From positions 62,001-126,000 of the forward strand of contig NIVC01001984.1 in NCBI GenBank assembly GCA_002269645.1: 64,000 nucleotides of DNA. Reading direction: 5' to 3'. Within the stretch, counting starts at the first letter, position 1; every line of letters begins with the position of its first letter. The translations under genes were made by a program, and so were the position numbers. Under the pieces are notes generated by a model. The model was not told the DNA's origin and made no database searches. It worked only from the letters and a program-made list of their open reading frames with translations. The DNA is from Macrostomum lignano. Taxonomy: Eukaryota. Of the stretch, positions 34,995-47,029 are shown piece after piece.

Positions 34995-36829
34995 TCAGTG
35001 CTTATTCCTTATAGAGCAGATATAGACATTCTCCTCGTGACAGTTAGTAGATATCCAATGTCCTCGTGTGTAGGCGCACTCGATGCTGTCATTGGAGAAC
35101 GGGTGGCCACCAAACCATGCCGTGTATGAGCCCTTCTGATAGCCGTCCATCCACATCCAACAGTGGCTTTTGCCTGCATTTTACAATTTGTTAAATACTG
35201 CCAGGTCCAACGGGTGGGTTTCACGAATGCGAAATTTCATAACCGCTAAAAGCACTGGCTTTCATAAGCGCGAAACTTCACAACCGTGAAACTTCACAAA
35301 CGCTAAATGTCATCTACTTTAACAATCGCGAAACTTCATAACCGCTAAAACTTTTGCACTTACTTTCATATACGGCAGTCTTTTTAGCGGTTGTGAAGTT
35401 TCGCGGTTGTGAAAGCAACCCGCTCAACGTACATGTTACAACTTTTGCCTCCATGGCTACCTACTTATTCTCTAACGATTTTAGAAAGAGGAGGCGCTGC
35501 TGCTCAGGCTCTGAGGTGTGCCCTGTGACGTTGATGTCTTCACAAACTGATCTAACCTAAGACTTGATTTGTACGTGTTGTTTACCTTGAGCTATATTGC
35601 GTTCGACAGAGCGGAATTCAGGAAGCGTTTCATCCAAGCATCCAAACTACTTAGCAGGGTCAGTAATACAGGGTCGAACCTTCTCCAGACCAATCCAAGC
35701 ATTTGTACTGCAGCCAGGAGCCAATGTGAGCTCAGTGTGCTCCCGATGGCTCCTCACGCTGGCCACGGTAGCTCCCATGGATTCGCAGCTGATCTGGGCG
35801 TTGAAGTAGTTGGTCCGGTTCGACGAGATGAAGAAACAGTCATTATCAATGTCTAGCCAGCCTTTAGGACACCGCAGAGGTTATAAAGCCTACATTTTAT
35901 AGTAGAATTAAAAAAAGAGTTAGTGAGTTAGTGAGGCTAATGGCAAACTACACTCTTTAGACGGCAATTTTGAGACGCTCTTCTTATCTAAAATGAAATT
36001 GACTGAATTAGTTTTAGGACGCATTTTATATACAAGTGTAGAATTTAGGCGCAAGTTTGTCTCAAGGATCTATAATTAATCTATCTTTTGATGACTGGCA
36101 ATACAAAACTGCATGAAAGTTAACCCGGAAACTCAAGCAGAAAAATTACGATGTACGAGTACATAGCAAATTCGTTTCTTATTTCTTGATTATGACTTCG
36201 CAATCGCCCTATTTATCTAAACGTTCTGCAATTTCTATTGATAATAAAATCCTATCGAATTAGTTTCGTATGTATATTTATTTCAGAGACTATTACCTGC
36301 AGTATTTTTCTGCAAAGTAGATGGCCGAACCATGCATACACTTCGCAATCGAAAGTCACAATAGTGACTTAACCATTTTGGTGAGCTAAAACTGGCTTCA
36401 TGATACGCGCAGTCATTATGTCTTTCGCTATTCACAATTAACGGCTCCGTGTGGTTTGTAGGCATATCGCTCCACCAAGTGAAGGTTTTACTCAATATTT
36501 CAGTTTTAGCCATTCCAATCCACATGCTGTACAAGCAGCGGCCCAGCGCCTGCAGGTGGCCACCAAGCCGCTGACAGGCCTTCTCCGAGCCAAACCAGCC
36601 TTCAAAGTTCTGTAGACAACAAGTAGCACCAGTCGTTGAAGTAGTGCCACTCAGCTTCGCCATTATCAGGCCCCGCATGCTAAAATATTTAAATTTAAAC
36701 TGACGCGTAAATAAACTACTTTGAAATCAAAGTCAAATTTAAACAAAATACTTTACAATCATGCGACCCAGAAGCACAGCAGAGCAAGACGGAAATCAGC
36801 ACTACCGTGCGTGGAAGATTTTCGAGCAT
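34995..36829 (-). pseudogene. C-type lectin gene copy B (double CTLD), disabled
   Basis: Signal-peptide exon 36829-36757 (MLENLPRTVVLISVLLCCASG); CTLD1 exon 36679-36297 with two +1 frameshifts and a 12-codon deletion relative to copy A; 217-nt exon 35871-35655 with acceptor CGG and donor CTAAGT; last exon 35173-34995 intact. Confidence 0.8.
35225..35430. repeat. MITE-like cluster of GCGAAACTTCA(T/C)AACCGCTAAAA motifs in both orientations
   Basis: Several direct copies followed by inverted copies, inside a lectin-B intron. Confidence 0.55.
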
Positions 36830-37019
36830 TTCAAAAACTATAAAAATGGTTTCCAAGAAAGAAGGTCATAAGGTCACTGCGAGCTATGAGTATAAGTTCA
36901 AAGGTGGGTGTCTTGGCTGAGAGGGTATAGCAATAGTTAAAAAAAAGGGCCGGACAACTTTTTGTCTCAAGGGCCAGATTGAGAACCTAGAGCATGACTG
37001 CGGGCCAGGGGAGGGGGGT

Positions 37020-38095
37020 TAGGATAGGGAATAGAGAAGAGAAATAGGAGAAAGGAGAAAAGATGAGACAAATAGGGAAGGAGAGAGCAAATAGGAGAGG
37101 AGATAGGAGGGAAGGGAGAGGAAAAGGGAGATTAGAGGAGAGAAGAGAGGAGAAGAGAAGAGTGAGGAGACTACGTAGGCTCGTAGGAGAGTGTAGAGGA
37201 GAAGAGAGAAGATAGGAGAGAAGAGAGGAGAGGAGAGAAGAGAGGAGAGAAGAGAGGAGAGGAGAGGAGAGAAGAGAGGAGAGGAGAGAGGAGAGGAGAG
37301 AAGAGAGGAGAGGAGAGGAGAGGAGAGAGGAGAGGAGAGAAGCGAGAAGAGGAGAGAAGAGAGGAGAGGAGAGAAGAAAGGAGAGGAGAGAAGAGAGGAG
37401 AGGAGAGAAGAGAGGAGAGGAGAGAAGAGAGGAGAGGAGAGAAGAGAGGAGAGAAGAGAGGAGAGGAGAGGAGAGGAGAGAGGAGAGGAGAGAAGCGAGA
37501 AGAGGAGAGAAGAGAGGAGAGGAGAGAAGAGAGGAGAGGAGAGAAGAGAGAGAGGAGAGAAGAGAGGAGAGGAGAGAAGAGAGGAGAGGAGAGGAGAGAA
37601 GAGAGGAGAGGAGAGAAGAGAGGAGAGGAGAGAAGAGAGGAGAGGAGAGAAGAGAGGAGAGGAGAGGAGAGAAGAGAGGAGAGGAGAGAAGCGAGGAGAG
37701 GAGAGAAGCGAGGAGAGGAGAGAAGAGAGGAGAGGAGAGAAGAAAGGAGAGGAGAGAAGCGAGGAGAGGAGAGAAGAGAGGAGAGGAGAGAAGAGAGGAG
37801 AGGAGAGAAGAGAGGAGAGGAGAGAAGAGAGGAGAGGAGAGAAGAGAGGAGAGGAGAGAAGAGAGGAGAGGAGAGAAGAGAGGAGAGGAGAGAAGAGAGG
37901 AGAGGAGAGAGGAGAGGAGAGAAGAGAGGAGAGGAGAGGAGAGGAGAGAGGAGAGGAGAGAAGCGAGAAGAGGAGAGAAGAGAGGAGAGGAGAGAAGAAA
38001 GGAGAGGAGAGAAGAGAGGAGAGGAGAGAAGAGAGGAGAGGAGAGAAGAGAGGAGAGGAGAGAAGAGAGGAGAGGAGAGAAAAGAGGAGAGGAGA
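37020..38095. repeat. Pure-purine (GAGGA/GAGAA)n microsatellite
   Basis: ~1.07 kb of almost only A and G, between lectin A and lectin B. Confidence 0.97.
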
Positions 38096-38521
38096 TGTGA
38101 CCCGCGGGCCGGAGTTTGCCGACTCTTGTTTAAAATATGTAATCGATATTGCGATTTGCAAGAATCGAACCACAATATGTTCAACAACGATACTCCCTTT
38201 TTAGTTGCAGCAATGTTGTTGTGTTCACTCATGATCTGTTTGTCGAAGAAGCTGCCGAAAACAGAGATATTATTTCAGTTTTGAGACGGAATTCAGTATT
38301 AAGTTTTTGACCATTGAATTGTCGCATTTGCTGATCTGAAGCTCAGACAAAAAAATAAAAACGCTAAACTTCCCGAAACCGTTTTTAATGCTGGTGCTCA
38401 TAACGGCACAGAGTATATTTCAACGGAAGAAGTCATCTTGAAGATTTCAGAATGCCATCACCACCCAGTCGAGAATTCAATCTGTTCAAATCTTATCGAG
38501 TTTTTGTATACCCACTGCAGC

Positions 38522-41500
38522 TCACTTCTTCTTGCAGACAAAGTTGTACTCATTATAACAGTTTGTGGTGTACCATCTGCCCAGAGTGTAGGTGCACTCA
38601 ATCTCATTGGAGCTTGATGGATGCCCACTGGCCCAATCTGCGTAGCCGATCTCAGAGCCGTCCATCCACATGTAGCAGTAGCTTTTGCCTGGATTGCAAC
38701 ATTTGTTCTTTCGCGGTGAATATTTGCAATGCTTGATTCATTCACGCATACCTGTTGTCTTATCTGACACCTCAGTGAAACCCAATAACACCTCAGTGTC
38801 TTCCAGGAAACTTCAGTGCCTTCCAGAAAACCCCAGTGTCTTCTATGAAACCTCAGTGTCTTCCAGAAAACCTCAGTGTCTTCCAGGAAACCTCAGTGTC
38901 TTCCAGGAAACCTCAGTGTCTTCCAGGAAACCTCAGTGTCTTCCAGGAAACCTCAGTGTCTTCCAGGAAACCTCAGTGTCTTTCAGAAAACTTCAGTGTC
39001 TTCCAGAAAACCTCAGTGTCTTCCAGGAAACCTCAGTGTCTTCCAGGAAACCCCAGTGTCTTCCAGAAAACCCCAGTGTCTTCCAGGAAACCTCAGTGTC
39101 TTCCGGGAAACCTCAGTATCTTCCAGGAAACCTCAGTGTCTTCCAGAAAACTTCAGTGTCTTCCAGGAAACCTCAGTGTCTTCCAGAAAACCCCAGTGTC
39201 TTCCAGGAAACCTCAGTGTCTTCCAGGAAACCTCAGTGTCTTCCAGAAAACTTCAGTGTCTTCCAGGAAACCTCAGTGTCTTCCAGAAAACCTCAGTGTC
39301 TTCCAGCTCAGTGTCTTCCAGGAAACCTCAGTGTCTTCCAGTTCAGTGTCTTCCAGGAAACCTCAGTGTCTTCCAGGAAACCTCAGTGTCTTCCAGGAAA
39401 CCCCAGTGTCTTCCAGAAAACTTCAGTGTCTTCCAGGAAACCTCAGTGTCTTCCAGAAAACCTCAGTGTCTTCCAGAAAACCTCAGTGTCTTCCAGCTCA
39501 GTGTCTTCCAGGAAACCTCAGTGTCTTCCAGCTCAGTGTCTTCCAGGAAACCTCAGTGTCTTCCAGTTCAGTGTCTTCCAGGAAACCTCAGTGTCTTCCA
39601 GCTCAGTGTCTTCCAGGAAACCTCAGTGTCTTCCAGCTCAGTGTCTTCCAGGAAACCTCAGTGTGTTCCAGCTCAGTGTCTTCCAGGAAACCTCAGTGTC
39701 TTCCGGGAAACCTCAGTATCTTCCAGGAAACCTCAGTGTCTTCCAGAAAACTTCAGTGTCTTCCAGAAAACCCCAGTGTCTTCCAGGAAACCTCAGTGTC
39801 TTCCGGGAAACCTCAGTATCTTCCAGGAAACCTCAGTGTCTTCCAGAAAACTTCAGTGTCTTCCAGGAAACCTCAGTGTCTTCCAGAAAACCCCAGTGTC
39901 TTCCAGAAAACCCCAGTGTCTTCCAGGAAACCTCAGTGTCTTCCAGAAAACTTCAGTGTCTTCCAGGAAACCTCAGTGTCTTCCAGGAAACCTCAGTGTC
40001 TTCCAGCTCAGTGTCTTCCAGGAAACCTCAGTGTCTTCCAGAAAACCCCAGTGTCTTCCAGGAAACCTCAGTGTCTTCCAGGAAACCTCAGTGTCTTCCA
40101 GAAAACTTCAGTGTCTTCCAGGAAACCTCAGTGTCTTCCAGGAAACCTCAGTGTCTTCCAGCTCAGTGTCTTCCAGCTCAGTGTCTTCCAGGAAACCTCA
40201 GTGTCTTCCAGCTCAGTGTCTTCCAGCTCAGTGTCTTCCAGCTCAGTGTCTTCCAGGAAACCTTAGTGTCTTCCAGGAAACCTCAGTGTCTTCCAGCTCA
40301 GTGTCTTCCAGCTCAGTGTCTTCCAGGAAACCTCAGTGTCTTCCGGAAAACCTCAGTATCTTCCAGGAAACCTCAGTGTCTTCCAGAAAACTTCAGTGTC
40401 TTCCAGGAAACCTCAGTGTCTTCCAGAAAACCCCAGTGTCTTCCAGGAAACCTCAGTGTCTTCCAGGAAACCTCAGTGTCTTCCAGAAAACCTCAGCGTC
40501 TTCCGGGAAACCTCAGTGTCTTCCAGAAAACCTCAGTGTCTTCCAGGAAACCTCAGTGTCTTCCAGGAAACCTCAGTGTCTTCCAGAAAACCCCAGTGTC
40601 TTCCAGAAAACCCCAGTGTCTTCCAGGAAACCTCAGTGTCTTCCAGGAAACCCCAGTGTCTTCCAGAAAACCCCAGTGTCTTCCAGAAAACTTCAGTGTC
40701 TTCCAGGAAACCTCAGTGTCTTCCAGAAAACCCCAGTGTCTTCCAGGAAACCTCAGTGTCTTCCAGGAAACCTCAGTGTCTTCCAGAAAACTTCAGTGTC
40801 TTCCAGGAAACCTCAGTGTCTTCCGGGAAACCTCAGTGTTTTCCAAGAAACTCAGTGTTTTCCAGGAAACCCGGTGTTGTCTAAAAAACCTTTGTGTCTT
40901 CAAGGAAGCCTCAGCGATTTCCAAGAAACCCTGTGTTTTCTAAGAAACCCGATGTTTTCTAAGAAATCCTGTGTTGTCCAGGAAACCCAGTGTCTTCCAC
41001 TCAAACTCACTGGAGTCCGACAGACAAGGCTTAACCTTCTCCAGGCCAATCCAAATTCTGGAATCGCAGCCCAGAGCCATGGTGAGCAGCACCTGTTCCC
41101 GACGGCTACTGACAGAGGCCACGGTGGCTCCCATGGACTCGCAGCTGATCTGCGCATTGAAGTAGTTCGTCCGCTTGGATGACACGTAGAAACAGCTGCC
41201 CTCGATGGCCAACCAACCTTCAGGGCACTGGAATGATATAAAAGCATTTATATAACAGCAGAAATATAAGCTAAACTGTTGTGTAAATTTTCAGTATTGG
41301 TAGCTAATATTAGACATCTCCAATGATTTAACAAACCATTGTCCTGTTGGTCAGCTCGTCCTTAGTAACTAAAATATTCGATAAGTATAGAAATGCGTTT
41401 GTTAGGGCAAATAATATGCACAATGCCATAATAATACCATGCAAGATTTTGCATAGCTAAAGAAAACTACTATGAACCCTATAAACCACGATCTACCCTA

Positions 41501-44500
41501 GAACCTCCCTATCTACCCTAGAACCCCACTATCTACCCTAGAACCCCATTATCTACCCTAGAACCCCACTATCTACCCTAGAACCCCACTATCTACCCTA
41601 GAACCCCACTATCTACCCTAGAACCCCACTATCTACCCTAGAACCCCACTATCTACCCTAGAACCCCACTATCTACCCTAGAACCCCACTATCTACCCTA
41701 GAACCTCACTATCTACCCTAGAACCACACTATCTACCCTAGAACCCCACTATCTACCCTAGAACCCCACTATCTACCCTAGAACCCCACCACTATCTAAC
41801 CTAGAACCCCACTATCTACCCTAGAACCCCACTATCTACCCTAGAACCCCACTATCTACCCTAGAACCCCACTATCTACCCTAGAAACCCACTATCTACC
41901 CTAGAAACCCACTATCTAACCTAGACTCCCACTATCTACCCTAGAAACCCACTATCTACCCTAGAAACCCACTATCTACCCTAGAAACCCACTATCTAAC
42001 CTAGAATCCTACTGTCTAACCTACAATCCTACTGTCTAACCTAAAGCCCCTGTATGTAACCTAGAACCTTAGTATCTAACCTAGAGCCCCTGTATCTAAC
42101 CTAGAGCCCCTGTATCTAACCTAGAGCCCCTGTATCTAACCTAGAGCCCCTGTATCTAACCTTGAGCCCCTGTATCTAACCTAGAACCTTAGTATCTCAC
42201 CTATATTTATTTAACTATCTTACCTTAAAGCTCAAATACCTACCTTGGAAACTTGCAAAAATCTACCTCAAAACCTATCATCCTACCTTAGAAACCGACT
42301 ATCTCCCCTAAAACCCCACTATGTCTACCATTTAAGCCGATCAACTCTATAACCAACTTTCTATGTCTACTGCTAAGCTACTAATTCCACTACAAAAATA
42401 TTTAAATTGATTTTAATGCAGAATTTATAATTTTAAATTTTTGTATCGTACCAGACTCATCAACCACAAGACCATTGTCAACATTTGTATGCTGCATCTT
42501 GGACTCTTCCCTAGCTGGCACCATGCATACACTGCGGTACTGATTCTGGCAATAAGTGTTGTACCACCTGCCATAGTTGCTTCCAGACTGATAAACACAG
42601 TCGTAATAGGCATGGATATTGATGGAGAATCTCTCTGTGTAGTTGAATGCCGCATCATCCCACCAGGAGAATTTTCTATCAGACACGTCAGTCTTCACCA
42701 GCCCGATCCAGGCATTCTGCTGGCACTGTCCGAGAGCCTGGACGAAACTGTTCTCCTCTCGGCTGGCGATGCTGGCCAGGTGGCCGCCGAGTTTCTGACA
42801 GGCCTTTTCAGAGCCGAACCAGCCTTCGGCAGCCTCGGACAGGGAGTAGCACCAGCCGTTGAAGTAGTGCCAGTCCTCGGCGTCTTCGGGGCACCCTGCA
42901 GTTGATGGGGAAGTTTTTTAAATATGGTGCTGGCGCCCCAGATTTTGGCGCCCCTGGTGCTGGCGCCCCTGGTGCTGGCGCCCCTGGTGTTGGCGCCCCT
43001 GGTGCTGGCGCCCCTGGTGCTGGCGCCCCTGGTGCTGGCGCTTCTGGTGCTGGCGCCCCTGGTGCTGGTGCCTCTGGTGCTGGCGCTCCCAAAGGAGGCC
43101 AATTTTAGAAAATTAAAACAGACTGTACTAACTGTTTCGTCGGTTTGTACCTAAACTGTGTGATTTGATAGATTGATAAATAGATGTTTTTAGCATTCCT
43201 ACTGCTGATAGTAGACTATGATGAGAATAGTTTGAAATTAAAGTAGTAAAGTGCTGATTCTCTCAGGTCTTTGAAGATGGGGCTATTTGCGCTTCACTAC
43301 AGCATCTTCGGCTTCGCACCTGCCCTCAAACCTGGGGGCCTCACTCTCCAATGTAGGTTAGGCAAAAATGTCTATGGTAGCGTAGCTCGTGTAGAGATCT
43401 CCAAGCATAGTAGCCTACTAAAAGTAGCAAGATAAAAACAAGAATACTATTTAAAACTAACATGCGTCATACTCTATTTTCAGTAATGCATGCAAGATCA
43501 CGTAAACAGCGAGTGATTGTTACATAGTCCAAAAAACCGGTTTTCAACCTAAATTTCCAAATATGGTAAAGGTCAAGTTAAATGCGATCTAGGCTTCACC
43601 CCTTTCTATGTAAAACCCCACCGGTCAAGAGGCAAAGTCCATCTTTTGATTCTTATCAATAAAACCAGTTTGAAGCTCAAGGTCGAATGAAATCGTGTAT
43701 AAATACAAGCAAAAATCCGAGCTGAAACCTCAGACTCGGAGCAGCCTTAAGAGATCTTAGGCTTAGCCAGAGCTACTAAGCAAGGCTATATCTCTGAGAG
43801 AGACAAACACCAATTGGTAAGCCTTTGTTAGAGTCTTTGTTATTTGAAGTCTTTGTTATTCGATTATTGAGAGCTGTGTCATTGCCGGCCGTTACTGATA
43901 AGTCGATTTATTGAGTTATTGAATTTGAGGCCTCCCTATTCCTAAGGGATTGGATTGGATCTGCGGACCGATTCCGATACTCTTAGTTGATTACTGACTG
44001 ATTGATTTTGGTACCCTAGAGTAACCGATAGGAGCAAACGACTCCGATTCCGCTATTTCTAGAAGAAGACGCCCTTTCGGAGGACCTCGTTATTGTTATA
44101 GAGTTGACTTTGTTATTAGGGCGCATCTCTGCACTCGAGGAATATATTGATTTCTGCACTCAAGGAATATATCGATTTCTGCACTCGAGGAATATACTGA
44201 CGTCGATGGACTAAGTTATTAAGCTCTCATATTCGGCCGATTCTATAATTCAAGACTACTCCGGAGGAAGAATATTTGAAGAGACGAGCTCGGAGAACTG
44301 CCCGACAAAGAAGAGGAGCCCGCATCAGTAAGTGAACACTGAACCTTGTTCCCAGGCTTGAGGTCTGGAAGTGGGAGTTCGTGCGTTTAGACACTAGATT
44401 AATTTCTCTCTTCTCTTCTCTTTCTCTCTCTCTCCTTCCCTCTCTCTCTAGTGTGCTAAAGCGAACTCTTCACTCGTAGCTACACAATATCTTAGGGTGC

Positions 44501-44596
44501 ACAGCTAGACAAAAGGATTAACTTACTTTGCTGATGATGGTGACTAGTTCCGGAGGCGAGTACTGCCATTGACAAAAAAACAATGATTTCTTTCAT
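38522..44596 (-). CDS. Secreted C-type lectin with two CTLDs (copy A); exons 44596-44527, 42895-42452, 41368-41337, 41227-41011, 38688-38522 (309 aa)
   Basis: Signal peptide MKEIIVFLSMAVLASG; CPEDAEDWHYFNGWCY..ACQKLGGHLASI..WIGL..C..W..C..VC; second CTLD CPEGW..C..SCESMGATVASV..WIGL..WMDG..C..W..C..VC. All introns GT-AG with consistent phases; total 930 nt; exon sizes and phases mirrored in copy B. Confidence 0.85.
38789..40998. repeat. 20-bp minisatellite (CCTCAGTGTCTTCCAGGAAA) with shorter variants, filling lectin-A intron 4
   Basis: Tandem units visible; begins about 12 nt inside the donor at 41010. Confidence 0.97.
41491..42200. repeat. 20-bp minisatellite (CTATCTACCCTAGAACCCCA) in lectin-A intron 2
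   Basis: Tandem units, drifting to CCCTGTATCTAACCTAGAGC at the right end. Confidence 0.95.
42926..43090. repeat. 15-bp minisatellite (GCGCCCCTGGTGCTG) in lectin-A intron 1
   Basis: About 10 tandem units. Confidence 0.95.
43518..44340 (+). mobile_element. Possible solo LTR in lectin-A intron 1
   Basis: Starts TGTTAC, has TATAAATA at 43699 and internal short repeats (TCTGCACTCGAGGAATAT x3), ends GTGAACA; no TSD found. Confidence 0.3.
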
Positions 44597-45007
44597 GTTT
44601 AGCATTTTTAGTAATATATTTACTAACTATAGTTTTAGTCAAATGGAAATTTACTGATTAAAGCTGGTTGTAATTTGATTTTATTTTATACACACGTGTA
44701 ACCGTCAATAGCAGGACGTTATCTGCAGGCGGAGTAGATAATCGGAAATTAAGTAGCAAAAAAGACACATGTCTTACCGCAAACACGGGTTCATGAAAGA
44801 AATAAATCTGTCATGCAGTTGTCAGGCCAGTTACTACTGCAAATATAAAATTGCCTGATTCTGTGAGCATTTTCGCTGCGAATGTTGACAGATGTCACTG
44901 TTGACTATAGTTTGATTTTCAAGATTTGATATAGATTTTTAATTCTTATAATACCACAGTATAGTACGCTCTACTTTACCTTTTTTGTGTGCTGGCGCCC
45001 CTTCGTG

Positions 45008-45092
45008 CTATGAGATGATATGAGAGATGATGATATGATGGGTTTCGGCCTTTTCGGCCCCTTGCGGGAAGCCTTCGGGCCTCAGGTCTCAG
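45008..45092 (-). other. Compact three-hairpin cluster followed by a (CAT/CATAT)-type tail; probable retroposon 3' end
   Basis: Minus strand reads CTGAG-GCC CGAA GGC-TT-CCC GCAA GGG-GCC GAAAA GGC-CGAAACCC then CATCATATCATCAT... Confidence 0.45.
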
Positions 45093-45534
45093 AAATAAAT
45101 CAATTAGAGTCCTGGCCCCCCCACTCCTGTCAGATGGTCAGCCCCATGGTAGCTTGATCGTGTGGCGAGCAGTCTAGGTCCTATAGCTAAGAGAGGGACA
45201 GTGAGAGACAAGCAGGGAGAATTTTGAAGGTAGAAATTAGTTAATCCGCAGACTAAGCTAACTCGCTGCCACCAGCCCGTGCGTCCTGGCTCACCAAACC
45301 GGAACTTTCGAAATCGGGCTTCCGACTAGAGGGGGCTTTGCACTTACCTGCCAACTAATGTCTTTTTGCTGTCAATCTCGAAGTCATAGCCGATGATAAG
45401 GGACATTGCTGCGACTTGATCGCATTGGCCATGCAGGTACAGAGGGGACTTGTGCAGGGGATTCTTGCAGTGGCGAGACTATGGGGTAGCTACATGTACT
45501 ATTACATTGCTAAATACGAGGAATTGTACTTTTG

Positions 45535-47029
45535 GCCTTCAACGCTCCAACCAGCCTCTCATAGCGCTGATGATAGACTAACTCGAACCTCAGAGACTGC
45601 ATGATTCATCACCCGAGCCGCTTGGCTAACCTAGAGTGCACAGAGTGCATCTCTGGCGCCGATTTTGCACTATTGCAATTTTGCTCACTGATTTGATAGA
45701 TTGATCGACTGAGGACTGCCTTGCCATTGGTCCACTGTGACCGGCGCCCACTAGCTTAGCTACTCATCTGAGCCATCGGCGAACAAAGAAATAAAACCGA
45801 TAAAAATAACTGTCAGATTTAACCTTCTCCTTAAATTACTTCACACTTCAGATTGAATTGGAGTTTCAGACAACTAGTATTATCAAGTGATTTCTGCCTC
45901 GATAACAGCACTGCTGAACAAAATGAGCAAAAGTGTGCGCCTAATCCAGCTACTGAAATAGGGGGCAGATAAGGGATCATCCAATCAAGCAAGTCTAGGT
46001 GGCCTCTCACCCAACCAATCAGAAACTCAACAGCCGGAGACCAGGAAATCCACAGTGACCGAATCGGCTTAGTGCTTCGCGGCTATAGGCCCGGGATGAT
46101 GCTGTCACAAATTTCGCAGATAGCTAGCAGGTGATGATCTTTAACCTTGATGTTCACTGCTGATGACCGGGGGAATTCGTCCTTGATGGTGATGGGGGGA
46201 GTCGCGATCCGGAGATCAAGAGACTCCGTTAGGCCAAAGTCCTAGGAGGTGGAGCCGAGTTCCAGCCAGTTGACGTTGAGCTCCGAGCAGGCCAAAAACG
46301 CCGGTTTAAATAGCCGCCAACTGGACCGCAATTTGTTATAATGGAACACCTCGATTCTGATTGGCTGAGCCGATTTGTTATAACGCACGTCGAATTTTCT
46401 GATTGGCTGAGCTTGTTGCCACCCAAAGTCACGTGACCGGGAGATCCTATCAGTTCCCTCGGGGTCGTAAAAATATGACAGCTGTGCGGCCATAAGTCAA
46501 TCAAAATCGCTACCAAATGATTTATGACTTCCGCGTAGAATTGACAAAAACTAATGAAAAAATATACATTAGAAAGCTCTTATTGAGTAGAAAGTAAAGA
46601 TAATGAAGAGAAATCGCTAATCGCTAATCCCAAAGTACTTTTAGGAGTAAAACGCATAGCTGTCACACGCTTGAGTGAACACGAACAATAGGCCCTGACC
46701 TCATAAATCTTGATGGCCTGTCAAAATGATGAGAAAAAAGCTATCATTCGCATCCTCTCAGATCATCTGGCGCCAGCCCCAGCACAGAGTGAGGCGCAGG
46801 CTGTCAGACCAGCTCAGACCCAATGATTTATGACCCAAAAGCAGCAAAAAACCGCGCCTATGTTATTATAACTACAAGTATGGCAGATTAAGCTACAGAA
46901 GTCCTACTAGTATGAATTCTAGAAAAATTACAAAAGAAGGAGAAAAACGCTCATAGCCTGCTGTTAGTAGGCTAGCAAGTTTGAAACCCATATGCGAGCG
47001 TGAAATTTGGAAAAAAGTGCGTCTTCATC
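45535..47029 (-). repeat. Dispersed LTR/promoter-like repeat (copy 2), with an ~290-bp segment (45680-45968) absent from copy 1
   Basis: Reverse-complement homology to 26531-27810. Confidence 0.8.

Noticed and set aside
35644-35652. Apparent nonsense codon (TAG) in lectin B
   Set aside because: By alignment with copy A it lies just inside the intron, after the mutated donor.
37019-38232. Ser/Leu/Pro-rich ORFs of 353-384 aa
   Set aside because: Read-through of the purine/pyrimidine microsatellite.
38685-41182. 752-, 768- and 476-aa ORFs
   Set aside because: All three frames of a 20-bp array are open; it lies antisense inside a lectin intron.
41491-42000. Telomere-like repeat
   Set aside because: Contains TAGGG but within a 20-bp unit; not (TTAGGG)n.
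45030-45200. Canonical hammerhead or HDV-like ribozyme
   Set aside because: No complete CUGANGA core, no stem I and no valid P1 for an HDV fold; kept only as an unexplained structure.
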